A stretch of DNA of 35,099 bases from Craspedostauros australis. Taxonomy: Eukaryota. The position numbers and the translations under genes are program-made. This document shows, in pieces, positions 1-11,375 of the stretch (position 1 is its first letter; every line of letters begins with the position of its first letter). The stretch lies in the NCBI GenBank assembly GCA_030167865.1, contig JALAGF010004364.1, positions 1-35,099 of the forward strand, given 5' to 3'. The notes below the pieces were generated by a model, which saw only the letters and a list, made by a program, of their open reading frames with translations, was not told where the DNA came from and ran no database searches.

Positions 1-399
1 CGTCGCGGATGAGTCATCCCTCGGTCGGACCCATTGGCGGTGGTTGGTCAAGTTCGATTGGTGGCTGCTCGATACGGCTACTCGTACGTTTGATTCAGTT
101 GGTGGTCCTGGTTGAGTGGAAGCTTGGCCTTGTTGTTGATCTTCACCTTGCTCTTTCGGTTCGTTTGGATCTCCCTTCCTCACGTACGAATACGAATACG
201 AGTGCGAATGAGATTGCGGTTGCTGGTGCGACTGCGGATATGGCTGCGAGTGGGAGCGGTTGTTATGATATCCTCTGCGTCCTCGTCCGTTCCCTCGTCC
301 GTTCCCTCGTCCACGCCTACTGTAGCCACCACGGCCACGGAAGGGTCGATGCCCTGAGCCAGAAGACCCTTTGCGTCCAGAGTAGTTGAGGATCGTCAT
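1..399 (-). CDS. RG/RGG-rich protein, N-terminal part only (runs off the left edge of the window)
   Basis: ATG at 399 opens a stop-free frame to position 1: MTILNYSGRKGSSGSGHRPFRGRGGYSRRGRGNGRGNGRGRRGYHNN...HRQWVRPRDDSSAT. It is absent from the ORF track because there is no stop in the window. It lies head-to-head with MRI1 (431 bp apart). Confidence 0.6.
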   Translation of the reverse strand, partial: MTILNYSGRKGSSGSGHRPFRGRGGYSRRGRGNGRGNGRGRRGYHNNRSHSQPYPQSHQQPQSHSHSYSYSYVRKGDPNEPKEQGEDQQQGQASTQPGPPTESNVRVAVSSSHQSNLTNHRQWVRPRDDSSAT

Positions 400-830
400 C
401 GTCTCTCCCTTGCTTCGTTGCGAATGTGAGGGTGGAACGCAACGACTCCACTATACTATGCTTGTGCTTATTCCTATGCTCTGAGTATTGGTATATTGTG
501 AGGTTTGTGATGTGCTGCCTTTTATAATTGTGTGTGACCAAGGCTGCTGCTTCCTGAATCGCCTCTGTTTCGAGTGTGTTTGTGGTGCGTTTCGTTCTTT
601 CGCTTCCATTTCTTTCGTGACGTGGCTATTCAGGACTCGACTCGTGAACCGATTGTTTCCGCACGGAGCGTGTCAACCGTTTCCCTCCAACTCAACTGCC
701 ACCACAATCTTCGTTCCCAAGCGCCAAGAAGCACAACGAAGCCCAAGCAACAGGCCGATCAACGGATCCTCCCACAATCCGGCGCAGCCAGCCAGTCAAC
801 CAGACAAGAGCAGACCAAGTACATATCAAG

Positions 831-2826
831 ATGACAGCAGCAGATAATCTCCGATCCCTCATCTACTCTAACGAGGGAGGAAGCGCTCCCACGCTTTCGG
901 TTCTCGATCAGCTCGTCATTCCGCATGAGAAGACTTATCTCGAGGTTCCTGATGTGGAGACCGCATGGAGCGTCATCCGGAAGATGCAGATCCGAGGTAA
1001 GAAACGAGCATTGTCATATGCACGGTGTTCATGGTAGATTACATTTACATATTCATTTACATCTGCATTTATCATACATCGCTCTATTGCCATCATTTGC
1101 TAACTTCTGCGCATCGTCATCCTCTTTTGTCACTTTCTCACCCAATCTGTTCTTGTCTGCCAATATCCGCGACTGCAACGACGACGACGACAACAATATT
1201 GACCGCCTATCTGCATCTCTGCATCATGATCATCACAGGCGCCCCGCTGATCGCCATCGTTGCATTGCTGGGATTGGCGGTGGATCTCAACTCCAACCCA
1301 AAAGTGGTCAAAGAACTCGACGGTATGGAAGATGCTGCCGTGCACGCCTTCATCCAGAAGAAGATGGAATACCTCAACACATCGCGTCCCACGGCCGTCA
1401 ATCTCGCCAATGCCTTGGCGGAGGCACAAAAGGCGATGGACGATGCCCTGGCAGTGACTTCCGCGGAGGGCGCAACGAATCGTGAGAAGCTGTGCAAAGC
1501 CATCTTGACGTACGCCGAATTCATGCTCGATCGCGACGTTAAGGACAACAAGGCCATTGGCCAGTTCGGTGCCGATGCCATCCTCGCCAAGACCGGTGCT
1601 GCAGAGCGCAAGGTCAACATCGTCACCATTTGCAACACGGGATCGTTGGCGACAGCTGGCTACGGTACGGCTTTGGGTGTTGTGCGCAGTTTGCAGGGCA
1701 TGGACAAGCTCGAAAGCATCACAGCATTGGAAACGCGTCCGTACAACCAGGGATCCCGATTGACAGCGTTCGAAATCATGGAAGAAAAGATGCCAGGTGG
1801 TCGTCTCATTTGCGATTCCGCAGCCGGCGCATTGATGCAGGTAGGTGCAGGAGGTAGTGTTGGTTGAGAATTGGATGGGCGATGTCTCGTGTGGACAAAT
1901 TATTACATGGGTGCTTGCGATGTCGGTAGAGATTCTGCCGGCGCTGCAACTATGGATACGTCGAGATGAAGCTGATGATGTGACAAGCGAGATGAATGCG
2001 CCGAAAACAAAAACTACGCGCTCTATCGAGACGCGGCATCATGGTGATTCGACCGTGGAGTATCCACTGCTTGCACCATACGCCGCATGTTCCTGTCGGT
2101 TGGCGCAAATTGGTTGTTTGCGTGTTTGAGCCAATCGAGGTGCGTGGCGCCGTTGGATTCGCACTTGTCTGCCCCATCTTGCTCAGCATGACTGACCAAG
2201 CTGCTTCATGATTACCTTGCCTTCTTTCGTATAATACCTTTCATCATTCGCAGACCAAGACGGTCGACGCCTGCGTTGTTGGCGCCGACCGTGTGTGCGC
2301 CAATGGTGACACAGCAAACAAGATCGGCACCTACAACCTTTCTCTCGTTGCCAAAGCCCATGGCGTTCCATTTTACGTCGCCGCTCCTATCACGTCATTG
2401 GATGTGACTCTCACGAGCGGCGATGCCATCCCGATCGAGGAACGCAAGGCGGAGGAACTCATTTCCACTGCCAAGGCGCCAGCCGGCATGCCATGCTGGA
2501 ACCCGGCCTTCGATGTCACGCCAGGCGCCAACATCAGCGGTATCATCACCGAAAAGGGCGTCATTGAGCCTGATGCGGATGGCAAGATCGACGTCAAGTC
2601 TTTCGTGTAAGTTGTGTCGCGCGTGCGTGCGTTTGCGTATGTGCGTGCTGCCTTTCTCGTTGGCGCAAATCTCGCCCTATTCCGTTGCGTGCACGTATGT
2701 GAGGTTCCCATGAGCAGCGCTTGCTTTCGATCTGATGTCACTCACATGTTTGCAATTTGGTACCTTGTCTCCTCTCGCTCTGTTATTTCTTTTCTTTCGC
2801 AATCCAGTGAGAAGCACACATCGTAG
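831..2826 (+). CDS. MRI1: Methylthioribose-1-phosphate isomerase (methionine salvage; eIF-2B alpha/beta/delta family), 4 exons, ~379 aa
   Basis: Exons 831-996, 1239-1840, 2254-2606, 2808-2826, joined at GT..AG introns, restore the family motifs [67 protein letters not shown] and NPAFDVTP. The last exon is less certain; the unspliced frame stops at 2610. Confidence 0.95.
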
Positions 2827-3099
2827 AATGTAGTCCCCAACCTGTTGCGTGGAGTTGCCGTGAGCATGCGCAAGCATTAATCGACTAACACTGCAAGACA
2901 AGTACACTCTAGAGGAGAGCGGAGTGGAGTGGAGTGCTCTGAAAGATGATTTCGATCTTGTTCACGTACATGCACGGGCATGCTGATGAACGTCGACGAG
3001 CAGTATACTCGTCGTGCAGTTGTCTCTGTTGATGCGTTGGCATGGATCCACATCCGCCGTATTCGTTGGGGCGTCAAATATCTCCCATCCTACTCTCTA

Positions 3100-3834
3100 C
3101 TATGGGCCATCGGTGTCCTTGCCCGTATCTGTCTGATTGGGGAACTCGTTGGGCCCTGAGGAGACGACGGAGATCTCGTCTTTCCCAACAGTTTCTGGTG
3201 CCGCAGCTGCCTCTGCGGTCGTTGTTGATGTCGCATTGCGATTTTCTGCGCTCTCTGACTCTTCCGTGTGTTGGCCTTCGCTGTCACTATCTTGGCTTTC
3301 GCCGTCGCTGTCGCTGTCGTCACTCTCACTGCCCCCGGCAGTGCCACCGTTCTCTGACGCATCCGCTGTGATATTGATGAGCCCTCCCATCGTGGAAACC
3401 AGATCAAATATCTGCTTCGTATCCAGCACGTCCGTCCGGTCTGCCTTGTAATGCGCGGTGGGTTCATCGTGGACGTGCATCTCGCTGTAGAAGAATAACA
3501 AACCAGGAATCGCCAGGAAGATGAGGCAGATGTATCGCAGCATCTTGGTGGGCATCTGCACCGTGTATCCTTTCTTCTTGGTCTTCGTCTTCGTCTTCGA
3601 CTGGCTTGCTTTGCCTCTCGCAGCGAATCGGAACAATCCGCCGGGACGGGACTTCATGGACTTCATGGTTTTGCTGGCCCGCGTTGATACATTTCCCGAT
3701 GATGACGAGGAGGCCTTCCACACCAGCGGGAGAAAGTCGGTGCCCGTATCCAAGCGCAGGTTGGTCCCCACACCAGTCAACGCCCTCTTCCAGTACAGCC
3801 TCCTCTTTTTGTTGTCATCCTCGCGCGTCGACAT
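3100..3834 (-). CDS. Uncharacterised single-pass (type II) membrane protein, 244 aa
   Basis: The likely start is MSTREDD at 3834, because the upstream ORF extension runs through a microsatellite. It has a basic Lys-rich N-terminus, one hydrophobic helix YICLIFLAIPGLLFFY (3487-3534) and a Ser/Asp/Glu-rich C-terminus. Confidence 0.7.
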   Translation of the reverse strand: MSTREDDNKKRRLYWKRALTGVGTNLRLDTGTDFLPLVWKASSSSSGNVSTRASKTMKSMKSRPGGLFRFAARGKASQSKTKTKTKKKGYTVQMPTKMLRYICLIFLAIPGLLFFYSEMHVHDEPTAHYKADRTDVLDTKQIFDLVSTMGGLINITADASENGGTAGGSESDDSDSDGESQDSDSEGQHTEESESAENRNATSTTTAEAAAAPETVGKDEISVVSSGPNEFPNQTDTGKDTDGP

Positions 3835-3929
3835 GATGCGTTCGCTGTAGGCAGATTGCCTCGGCTGATTGCTTGATTGACCAGATGAAATGGAATGGAA
3901 TGGGATGGGGTGGCTCGTGGGATGGACTC

Positions 3930-3949
3930 GAGAGAGAGAGAGAGAGAGA
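3930..3949. repeat. (GA)10 microsatellite
   Basis: Read directly from the sequence. Confidence 0.95.
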
Positions 3950-4209
3950 CAGGACTCAAGTGAGAGGAGGAGGACGCGGATGAGGATGAGGAGCCTCTGC
4001 GCAACAATGGAGACAAAGGAAGGAAGAGGAGATCCTGTTTGGTCGTGGCGGATGCTGCGGCACGACTGTTTTCCCAAGATTGTGACATGTCGAGCTCTTT
4101 GGTAAATACACTTCGAATTTGCGAAAGCACAAAATGACGAGAGATGTTCTTGGTTGAAGCCATCAAACGCGGTCTACATTCTAGAGTACACACCGGAAGA
4201 ACCTCGCCA

Positions 4210-4212
<3 letters not shown>

Positions 4213-4251
<39 letters not shown>

Positions 4252-4280
4252 AAGACACAGAGAGAGAGAGAGAGAGAGAG
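4213..4280. repeat. (CT)18 and (AG)11 microsatellites arranged as an inverted repeat with a 10-nt spacer
   Basis: (CT)n 4213-4248, spacer ccaaagacac 4249-4258, (AG)n 4259-4280. Confidence 0.95.
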
Positions 4281-5080
4281 AAAGAAAGACGAAGATTCGT
4301 AAGCCCATGCGCTCAAGAGTAGTTCTTTTGAAGATGTGGAACATGAACTATTCCTCAAGACACGCAAAGAAGACCTCAAACTCACCATTTAGTCGGTTTC
4401 GTCCAGCGAGTGGTGCAGTACGCAACTGGTAGCACTACTCCAATAGTCGTACGAAGAGTACTTCTCAATCGAGTTCTCTGCCTATCCTGCAGCAAGAATC
4501 TTCACATCGACGCAAGGTCGAATCTTCTTTGAGCTATCAATTCACACCATCCATCGCGTCGATCTTTACGTATGTTCTTACGTACACTCGCAACTACTCT
4601 ATGCGTACTCTATCATGAATGAGGGTAGGTCGCCACGACCTCGACGTCACTCGGAACGATCGAGAAGAGCGCAGGTTTGGGGTTGAAACGTGGTTTGGCG
4701 CCACAAACGTGCGCACTCCAGTCACTCGCTCGACGTCTGCGCCTCGACCGTTCTTGACATCTCCATGCCAAACAGAACCAAACCAACCAACCCATCACAT
4801 CAAGGCAAGGCATCTCACTGTTGTTGTGGTTGATGAGAGGTGGGCGTATCTTGGGTTCCGCCACTGCCAACATGCCAACAATGCGCATGAGGCGTTGCTG
4901 ATACCATCCGATCTTCCAAATCCTCCATCCTTGACACACAAAAAACAGTGATCGGACGACCTGACAAGATCTCCAAAGTGACACCATCCTCGCCGCCATA
5001 CTCAGCAAATTGCTTCATTCCAAAGACTGCTTCCATACACTCCATTCATACAGAACATCGCAACAGCAAAGAGCATCAAG

Positions 5081-7780
5081 ATGAAGTTCGTCGCAGCAGG
5101 ATTGGCCGCCATTCTGTCCGCCATGCCCCATCCGGGCTTTGGCTTTTCGGTGTCCTCCAACCAGGCCATCAGAGTGCCATCCAGCACAGCCCAATTCATG
5201 TCCAGCGAGGCTGGAGCCAACGCCGATGGACCGGTCCTCAACAAGTACAGCAGGTGAGTTTCATTGCGACGATCGCGCTGTTGCCACCACAGCAGCAACC
5301 AATGCCAACTCGTACCAACCCGTTTGACACGCATCTTCCAATGTGCACAGAATATCAAATGCAAAAAGGAGCACCTCTTCAATCCACATGGTGTGCACAA
5401 GAGGTGTATGCCATATCAAACAGTTGGCGCCATGCTCTCTCTCTCTCTCTCTACATTTTTGGTCCAATTGATGCCGATTTCTCACCACATCGAATGCCTG
5501 CCATCTCAATGTTTCGATGCTTCGTGCAACACAACATCTGATGTATCACTGTAATGCAACGTTGCGTATCCAGCGTCTTGACCCAGCCAAAGTCCCAGGG
5601 TGCCTCCCAGGCCATGCTGTACGCCACAGGCCTCAAGGAAGAGGACATGAACAAGCCGCAGGTTGGCGTGTGCAGTGTGTGGTACGAAGGAAATCCATGC
5701 AACATGCACCTCATGGAGCTCAGCGACTATGTGAAGGAGGGCGTGGAGGGATCCGACTGCGTGGGATTCCGTTTCAACACCATCGGCGTGTCGGATGGTA
5801 TCTCCATGGGAACCACGGGCATGCGGTTTTCGTTGCAATCCCGTGATCTGATTGCCGATTCCATCGAGACCACCATGGGTGCGCAATGGTACGACGGCCT
5901 CATCGCGCTGCCTGGCTGCGACAAGAACATGCCAGGCTGCATCATAGCCATGGGCCGTTTGGATCGTCCCAGCATCATGATCTACGGCGGTACCATCCGT
6001 GCTGGAAAGCAGCCCAGCAGCGGAGCCTCGCTCGACATCGTGTCGGCATTCCAGTCCTACGGTCAATACGTCTACGACAAGATCGACGAGGAGGAGCGCA
6101 AGGAGATCATCCAGCATTCCTGCCCGGGACAAGGTGCCTGCGGTGGAATGTACACAGCCAATACCATGGCAACTGCCATCGAAGCCTTGGGTGAGTGGAT
6201 GCTATGCGATGCTCTGTGAAATTTGCAATTGCAATTGTTTGCCTGTGTGACAGCGTGTACAGGCCAAAGGTTTGTTGGAATTGTGCTTTCGGTACGATTT
6301 ACGCCATGATTCAGACCATCGCGGCATGGCCTCGCATCATTTCACATCACATCTATTGCACCATCTCAAATTCCCCGGTGGGCGCGATGATGCCAGTTCT
6401 ACGAATAATGCCGACGCGCAACTTTTCGTTCTGTGCGATCTTCTCACACAATTTCTTCTCATTGTTCTGAACGCGCATATAATGTTGCTGCTGCCTGCTG
6501 CTGCTCTTGGGTTGGATGATCGAACTTTGGATACTCTACGATGCAATATTCACCACTTGAATGTTGCACTCAAACGTGAACTAATACTAATACGTATACT
6601 GAAACTCCACACAGGTATGTCATTGCCATATTCATCCTCTTCGCCGGCCGATTCGGAAGAAAAGCGTGACGAATGCCGTCGTGCTGGAGAAGCCATGAAG
6701 ACCTTGCTCGAGAAAGACATCAAGCCACGCGACATCATGACGAAATCTGCCTTCGAGAATGCTATCCGCATGGTCATGATGACTGGAGGGTCCACCAATG
6801 CCGTGTTGCACTTGATCGCCATGTCGCGATCCTGCCAGGATCCAAACGTCGCCATCACCCTTGATGACTTCCAACGCATCTCCAACGTCACTCCGTTGCT
6901 CGCCGACATGAAGCCATCCGGTCGCTTCGTCATGGAGGACGTGCAGAATATCGGAGGAACGCCAGGTCTCATCAAGTTCCTCATCGACAACAACATGTTC
7001 GATGGGGATCAGATGACCGTGACAGGAAAGACGCACAGGCAGAACCTGGCGGACATGAACCACCCAGGCCTTACTGCGGGACAGGAGATCATCCGTCCGC
7101 TCAGCGATCCGATCAAGCCGACTGGTCACTTGCAGATCATGTACGGCAACTTGTGCCCAGGAGGTGGCGTCGCCAAGATCACCGGCAAGGAGGGAGAGAC
7201 GTTCACGGGAACCGCGCGCGTGTACGACAACGAGCAGGACATGCTCGAGGGATTGACGAACAAGGAGATCAAGGCCGGCGATGTCGTGATCATCCGCTAC
7301 GAGGGTCCCAAGGGAGGACCAGGATTGCCAGAGATGTTGACACCAACAAGCGCGATCATGGGAGCCGGTTTGGGAGACGTCGTCGCCCTTCTCACCGATG
7401 GACGTTTCAGCGGCGGAAGCCACGGTTTCTGTATCGGACACATCACACCAGAGGCTCAGGTTGGCGGACCAATCGCCTTGGTGAAGAACGGAGATCCAAT
7501 CCGCATCGACGCCACGCCAGAAAAGCGCACGATCGATCTCCTGATCTCCGATGAGGAATGGGAGCAACGACGACAAGCGTGGACGCCGCCGCCGCTGCGA
7601 TCGAGCTCGGGAACCCTCTTCAAGTACATCCAAACCGTCGCCACAGCCAGCGAGGGTTGCGTGACGGACGAAGTCGGAACTGCCAGCGCCGCCGAGATCG
7701 CGCAGGCTGCACCAAAGACACCGGCCATCGCCGAGCTGGAGGCCAAGGTGGCTGAACTTGAGGCCAAGTTGGGACAGTAA
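5081..7780 (+). CDS. ilvD: Dihydroxy-acid dehydratase (branched-chain amino acid synthesis), plastid-targeted, 3 exons, ~651 aa
   Basis: Exons 5081-5253, 5574-6190, 6615-7780 (both introns GTGAGT..CAG) give [89 protein letters not shown] and [11 protein letters not shown]. The N-terminus [24 protein letters not shown] is a signal peptide followed by Phe and a Ser-rich transit peptide. Confidence 0.97.
5435..5452 (+). repeat. (CT)9 microsatellite in DHAD intron 1
   Basis: Read directly from the sequence. Confidence 0.9.
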
Positions 7781-8136
7781 ACGCATCAGTTGAAGTCAGC
7801 ATGGGTAGAGTATGGCGAGTATTTGTACTCGAATGCATTAGTATGATACTCTGCTGCTTTCCAGTTGTCTCGGCATGTTGCTCGGCTAGATGGTATAGAG
7901 CAACTTAACATCAGATATAAACTTAAGTAGGCAAGCATCCACATCAGTATTCGTGGCACGGTCAGACAAAGTTCTCGTGGACGAGCTGTGTGGCAAGGAA
8001 TAGACTAATTTCTTCAGCCAGACCTGCGCAAAGTAGAGCAATGAGGCCGTCTATTCATCACGAATGCTCGTGCACAGAGGAGTACTTTGGGTAGTGTCGT
8101 ACCCGTGCCAGAATTTGGCTCTGTTCACAACAGATT

Positions 8137-10308
8137 TCATCTCGATTTGCCCACCTCCACCAGGAGCTCTGCGAGGATGCGTGAGTTGAGTTCCGCTAAG
8201 CATTCCACAAAGGACTGCTGCGTATCGAATTCTGGGCCCAGTGTGCTCCATCCCGTCGCGATGGACCGCACACATCGCTGCTGCAAGCAGGTCAGTTTCT
8301 TGGCTGATGGGCCATCGTCATCACCACTCCCATGATTCGCATCCTCCATCTCGGCATCCAGCAGCAAGAACTTCATTGCCATTTGGGAAGATGGTAGCTG
8401 TGGCAAGTACTTACGCTGCGTCAGTCGATCAAAATTCCGCCTCTCCATCTTGCGCTGATTTTGGCAGCATCCCAGCACGAGGTTGGCCACGTGCTGTTGG
8501 TGCCGCCGATGTTTCTGTTTCTGCTGCTTGATGCCGTAGTCTTGCTGCATCGTCGCGACTTCCAGTATTTGAAGCAATATCCATGGACGCAGTTTCCCTG
8601 CAAGTTCTGTCGTCAAGGAGCCGAAGCGATTGGCGCATACCTCCACAACCACTCCGATCAATGGCTCGGAGTGCTGGAACTGTTGGATGTGGGACAAGAA
8701 GGGCTGAACCTCGGCCAAGCAAAGGTTGGAACGAAACCAGTTGGCGATGGCCAGGCGCAGCTCCGAAACATCGAAGTACTCGGCATGATTGTACAATCGG
8801 AAGGCTTCGATCGAGGTTTTCAGACGGTCTTGTAGAAACGAGTCCTCAGTAGCATTCGAGGTGGAGTTGTACATATAGTCCAACAAGATGGGTACCAAAT
8901 CAGCGGCACCTTCGGACATCTCCAGTCGCGTCGTCGAGGGCGGGACGGGATGCCGTTTGCTGATGGTGGTGGGGAGTTTGGAGAACTGCGATTCCAAGTA
9001 TTGCGAACGCCGCGGACCAACGCCGACGATCATGCGATGGATGTGGTAAGTGTCCACGACACCCGTGCTTTTCCGCGTAATGCTCAATTGCCAATCGCTG
9101 CGGCTATGGGTTGGATCGTTGCGCCACAAGGATTTGGACGATGTTGACGTGAACGGCGACAGCGGCGATGTTCGTTTTGTTTTCGTGGACGGTTTTGCTT
9201 GTGGATAGAGGCCGGTAATATCGCTGCTGGTGCTTGCAGAGGGTTGAATACGCACTTCCGTCTCGCGGTGCTTGCCACGAGACTGGTGCCTGCCATGTCG
9301 TGCGGGCGAATCGATGACAGCGACGGCTCCCCTTTGCGCCGCTCGGGATGGCGACGGCGATCTCGACGATGACGCCCTTACATGTTTCGTCATTGGGACC
9401 TTCGTTTTGTGCGGACTGGAGATTGTTCGCTTGTGGCTGCCGCTATCCATTTCGCCCATGTTGAAATTGGAGACCTTGGGCGTGGACGGGCCGGGTGACG
9501 TATGGAGCGGGTGTGCGACTTCCTTGCGAACGGATGACGATCGCTGCACGGCACGATGCCTGCCCAGCCTCATGTTTTCCAGCAGACCAGACACGGATGG
9601 ATCGTCACCACTGTACGGTTCCAGATGCAATGAATTCCCCAAGCTGGATATGAAGGAATCTGTGCTCGCTGCCGTCCCAAGGGAGATGTCGTCACGGATG
9701 GACGACGAATTGGATAAGATCATGGTTGGATGCTCCCACGTCGCATCCCTCGCATCTGATGCGCGCCTTGGCTGTGGCGACTCTTGCCTGCTGTCTTCCG
9801 ATGAGCTGTGGTGTTTGTTGGTGTTGTTTGGTGTCGAAGAGGAAAGCGTGGACAGTCCTGTGCCACCACCGCCAGCAATAGCAGTGACGGGAGGTACAGC
9901 AGGGTGCGTGCGATCTTGCTCCATCATCGATCGGGCGTACAACGAGAATGCGTCGTTCGCGGTTGCCGTGTTGGTGGACGCGCTGCTGGTCACGGTTGCA
10001 AGGTTCCGTCTAGGAGTTGCGCGTGGCGGTGTGCGGGGCGAGGCTCTGTCGTGGGCTTTTCCACTCCTCGTTTCCAGCGTTGTTTGGTACTTGTCACTGT
10101 GGTGCGATGGCGGTCGGCTGTGCTGGCGCCGTTGGCTTGGAGAGCTGCTCCTCGTCGATGTGGCGGCAAGCGTGCGGATGCTGCGGGGGCTGTACGAGTA
10201 GGCTGCCGAGGCTCGGGTGGGCGATGCAGGCAAAGTCAAACCCTGGCTGTGGGTGTAGCTTGGCGGTCTTGCGGCAGAGGAGCGGAACTCTCGGCGCCCC
10301 ACTCTCAT
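8137..10308 (-). CDS. BTB/POZ-domain protein with long disordered Ser/Arg/Pro-rich N-terminus, 723 aa
   Basis: Intronless ORF. The segment SDWQLSI..DTYHIHRMIVGVGPRRSQYLESQF..ADLVPILLDYMY..LYNHAEYFDVSELR matches the BTB pattern of the family expanded in diatoms. A helical region ending LTCLQQRCV follows. Confidence 0.85.
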   Translation of the reverse strand: MRVGRREFRSSAARPPSYTHSQGLTLPASPTRASAAYSYSPRSIRTLAATSTRSSSPSQRRQHSRPPSHHSDKYQTTLETRSGKAHDRASPRTPPRATPRRNLATVTSSASTNTATANDAFSLYARSMMEQDRTHPAVPPVTAIAGGGGTGLSTLSSSTPNNTNKHHSSSEDSRQESPQPRRASDARDATWEHPTMILSNSSSIRDDISLGTAASTDSFISSLGNSLHLEPYSGDDPSVSGLLENMRLGRHRAVQRSSSVRKEVAHPLHTSPGPSTPKVSNFNMGEMDSGSHKRTISSPHKTKVPMTKHVRASSSRSPSPSRAAQRGAVAVIDSPARHGRHQSRGKHRETEVRIQPSASTSSDITGLYPQAKPSTKTKRTSPLSPFTSTSSKSLWRNDPTHSRSDWQLSITRKSTGVVDTYHIHRMIVGVGPRRSQYLESQFSKLPTTISKRHPVPPSTTRLEMSEGAADLVPILLDYMYNSTSNATEDSFLQDRLKTSIEAFRLYNHAEYFDVSELRLAIANWFRSNLCLAEVQPFLSHIQQFQHSEPLIGVVVEVCANRFGSLTTELAGKLRPWILLQILEVATMQQDYGIKQQKQKHRRHQQHVANLVLGCCQNQRKMERRNFDRLTQRKYLPQLPSSQMAMKFLLLDAEMEDANHGSGDDDGPSAKKLTCLQQRCVRSIATGWSTLGPEFDTQQSFVECLAELNSRILAELLVEVGKSR

Positions 10309-11375
10309 GTTTCGTTAATGCTGCCGTTCAAGTGAAGGTGTACGCTGATACGGACGGGCGAATGGACGTGCACGTCGATGTGGACGTTGATGTGGGTGCG
10401 CACGACGACCGGCGGTATTGGCTTGTTTGCGTTCGATGATGCCGATGGACGCAGAGCATGGGCGGGCGAAGCTGTGCCTGGGGATACAGCCTAGAAAGGT
10501 AGAGGAGAGCAAAGTACAGCAGAAGAGTGCCAAGGACTTCATGAATACCAATGCTGCTCCACGTCAACAATGATCTCGCTTCAATCGAAGCAACATCCAA
10601 CAAAGCAACCGCACATCCCACGAGGAGCCCACGACAAACGAGACAAACGAGGACAGAGTACTACTACAACTCCTGGCGAAGATGGCATCATTTTTGTGGA
10701 GTGAATTGTGAGCATCAGCGATGCGAAGCACACGGGCCATTTAACGATCGGTGTCACCTCGCGACATGCATGGGACATGCAGACCTCGAATAATCCGACT
10801 ACAATATACTCATGATTGAACCAGTAGTCCCGTGCATTTGAAACAAAATGCGAAGTGACGTTGCGTCAATTGTCGACATCATCACGAACCACGACAAGCA
10901 AATGGAGGCGAACTGGCACGTGTTCGTCAACTGCCCCAACCAGCTCACGGGGCCTTGCGCACGTCACTTTTTGCGTTTGTTCCCGTTCTGCTGGTTCAAA
11001 TTTCGTGTTTTCTGCCTTCTGGTTGTCGTGTTGGCGGAATTGCGGTTAGGGCTGGTTGTTGTGGTTCTCGCAATGAGAATTGCGGGAGCGTTTGCGGTGG
11101 TGCATCTTCGGCCACCTCCGCAAATGAGAAAGTGTGGTTGACAGGGCATTTGGTGGAACGCAACAGAGAAGTCGTAAATGAGAACGCCGCACACAACAGC
11201 GTCGGGATCCGAAGATACGAGAGCATCCCACAAGTGTTGAGATCACAGCCGTGCACAGGAGCGTGACACACAAGTTGAGAAAGAGGACGAGCATACTGGC
11301 ACGGCCGCGGTCACACCAACGGCACTCCACGTTGACACTTGCGACAAGCCACTCATTAACAGCACTCCAGGCGCG

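Noticed and set aside
1025-1238. Hydrophobic N-terminus of track ORF 1025..1867
   Set aside because: This is translated intron 1 of MRI1. Splicing restores the conserved RGAP motif.
6272-6614. 114-aa N-terminal extension of track ORF 6272..7780
   Set aside because: This is translated DHAD intron 2 (424 nt, not a multiple of 3). Splicing restores EALGMSLP.
831-7780. MRI1 and DHAD as an amino-acid metabolic gene cluster
   Set aside because: They belong to different pathways and predicted compartments (no presequence versus plastid presequence) and are separated by an unrelated gene. The adjacency is most simply chance.
6632-7786. 384-aa antisense ORF over DHAD (similarly 5506..6132, 9272..10201, 22356..23129, 32581..33456)
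   Set aside because: These are shadow ORFs expected from codon bias on the opposite strand of real genes, with no recognisable motifs.
10315-10551. Signal-peptide-like short ORF just upstream of the BTB gene
   Set aside because: It is short, has no motif, and its hydrophobicity comes from a pyrimidine-rich tract. It could be a uORF, but nothing supports that.
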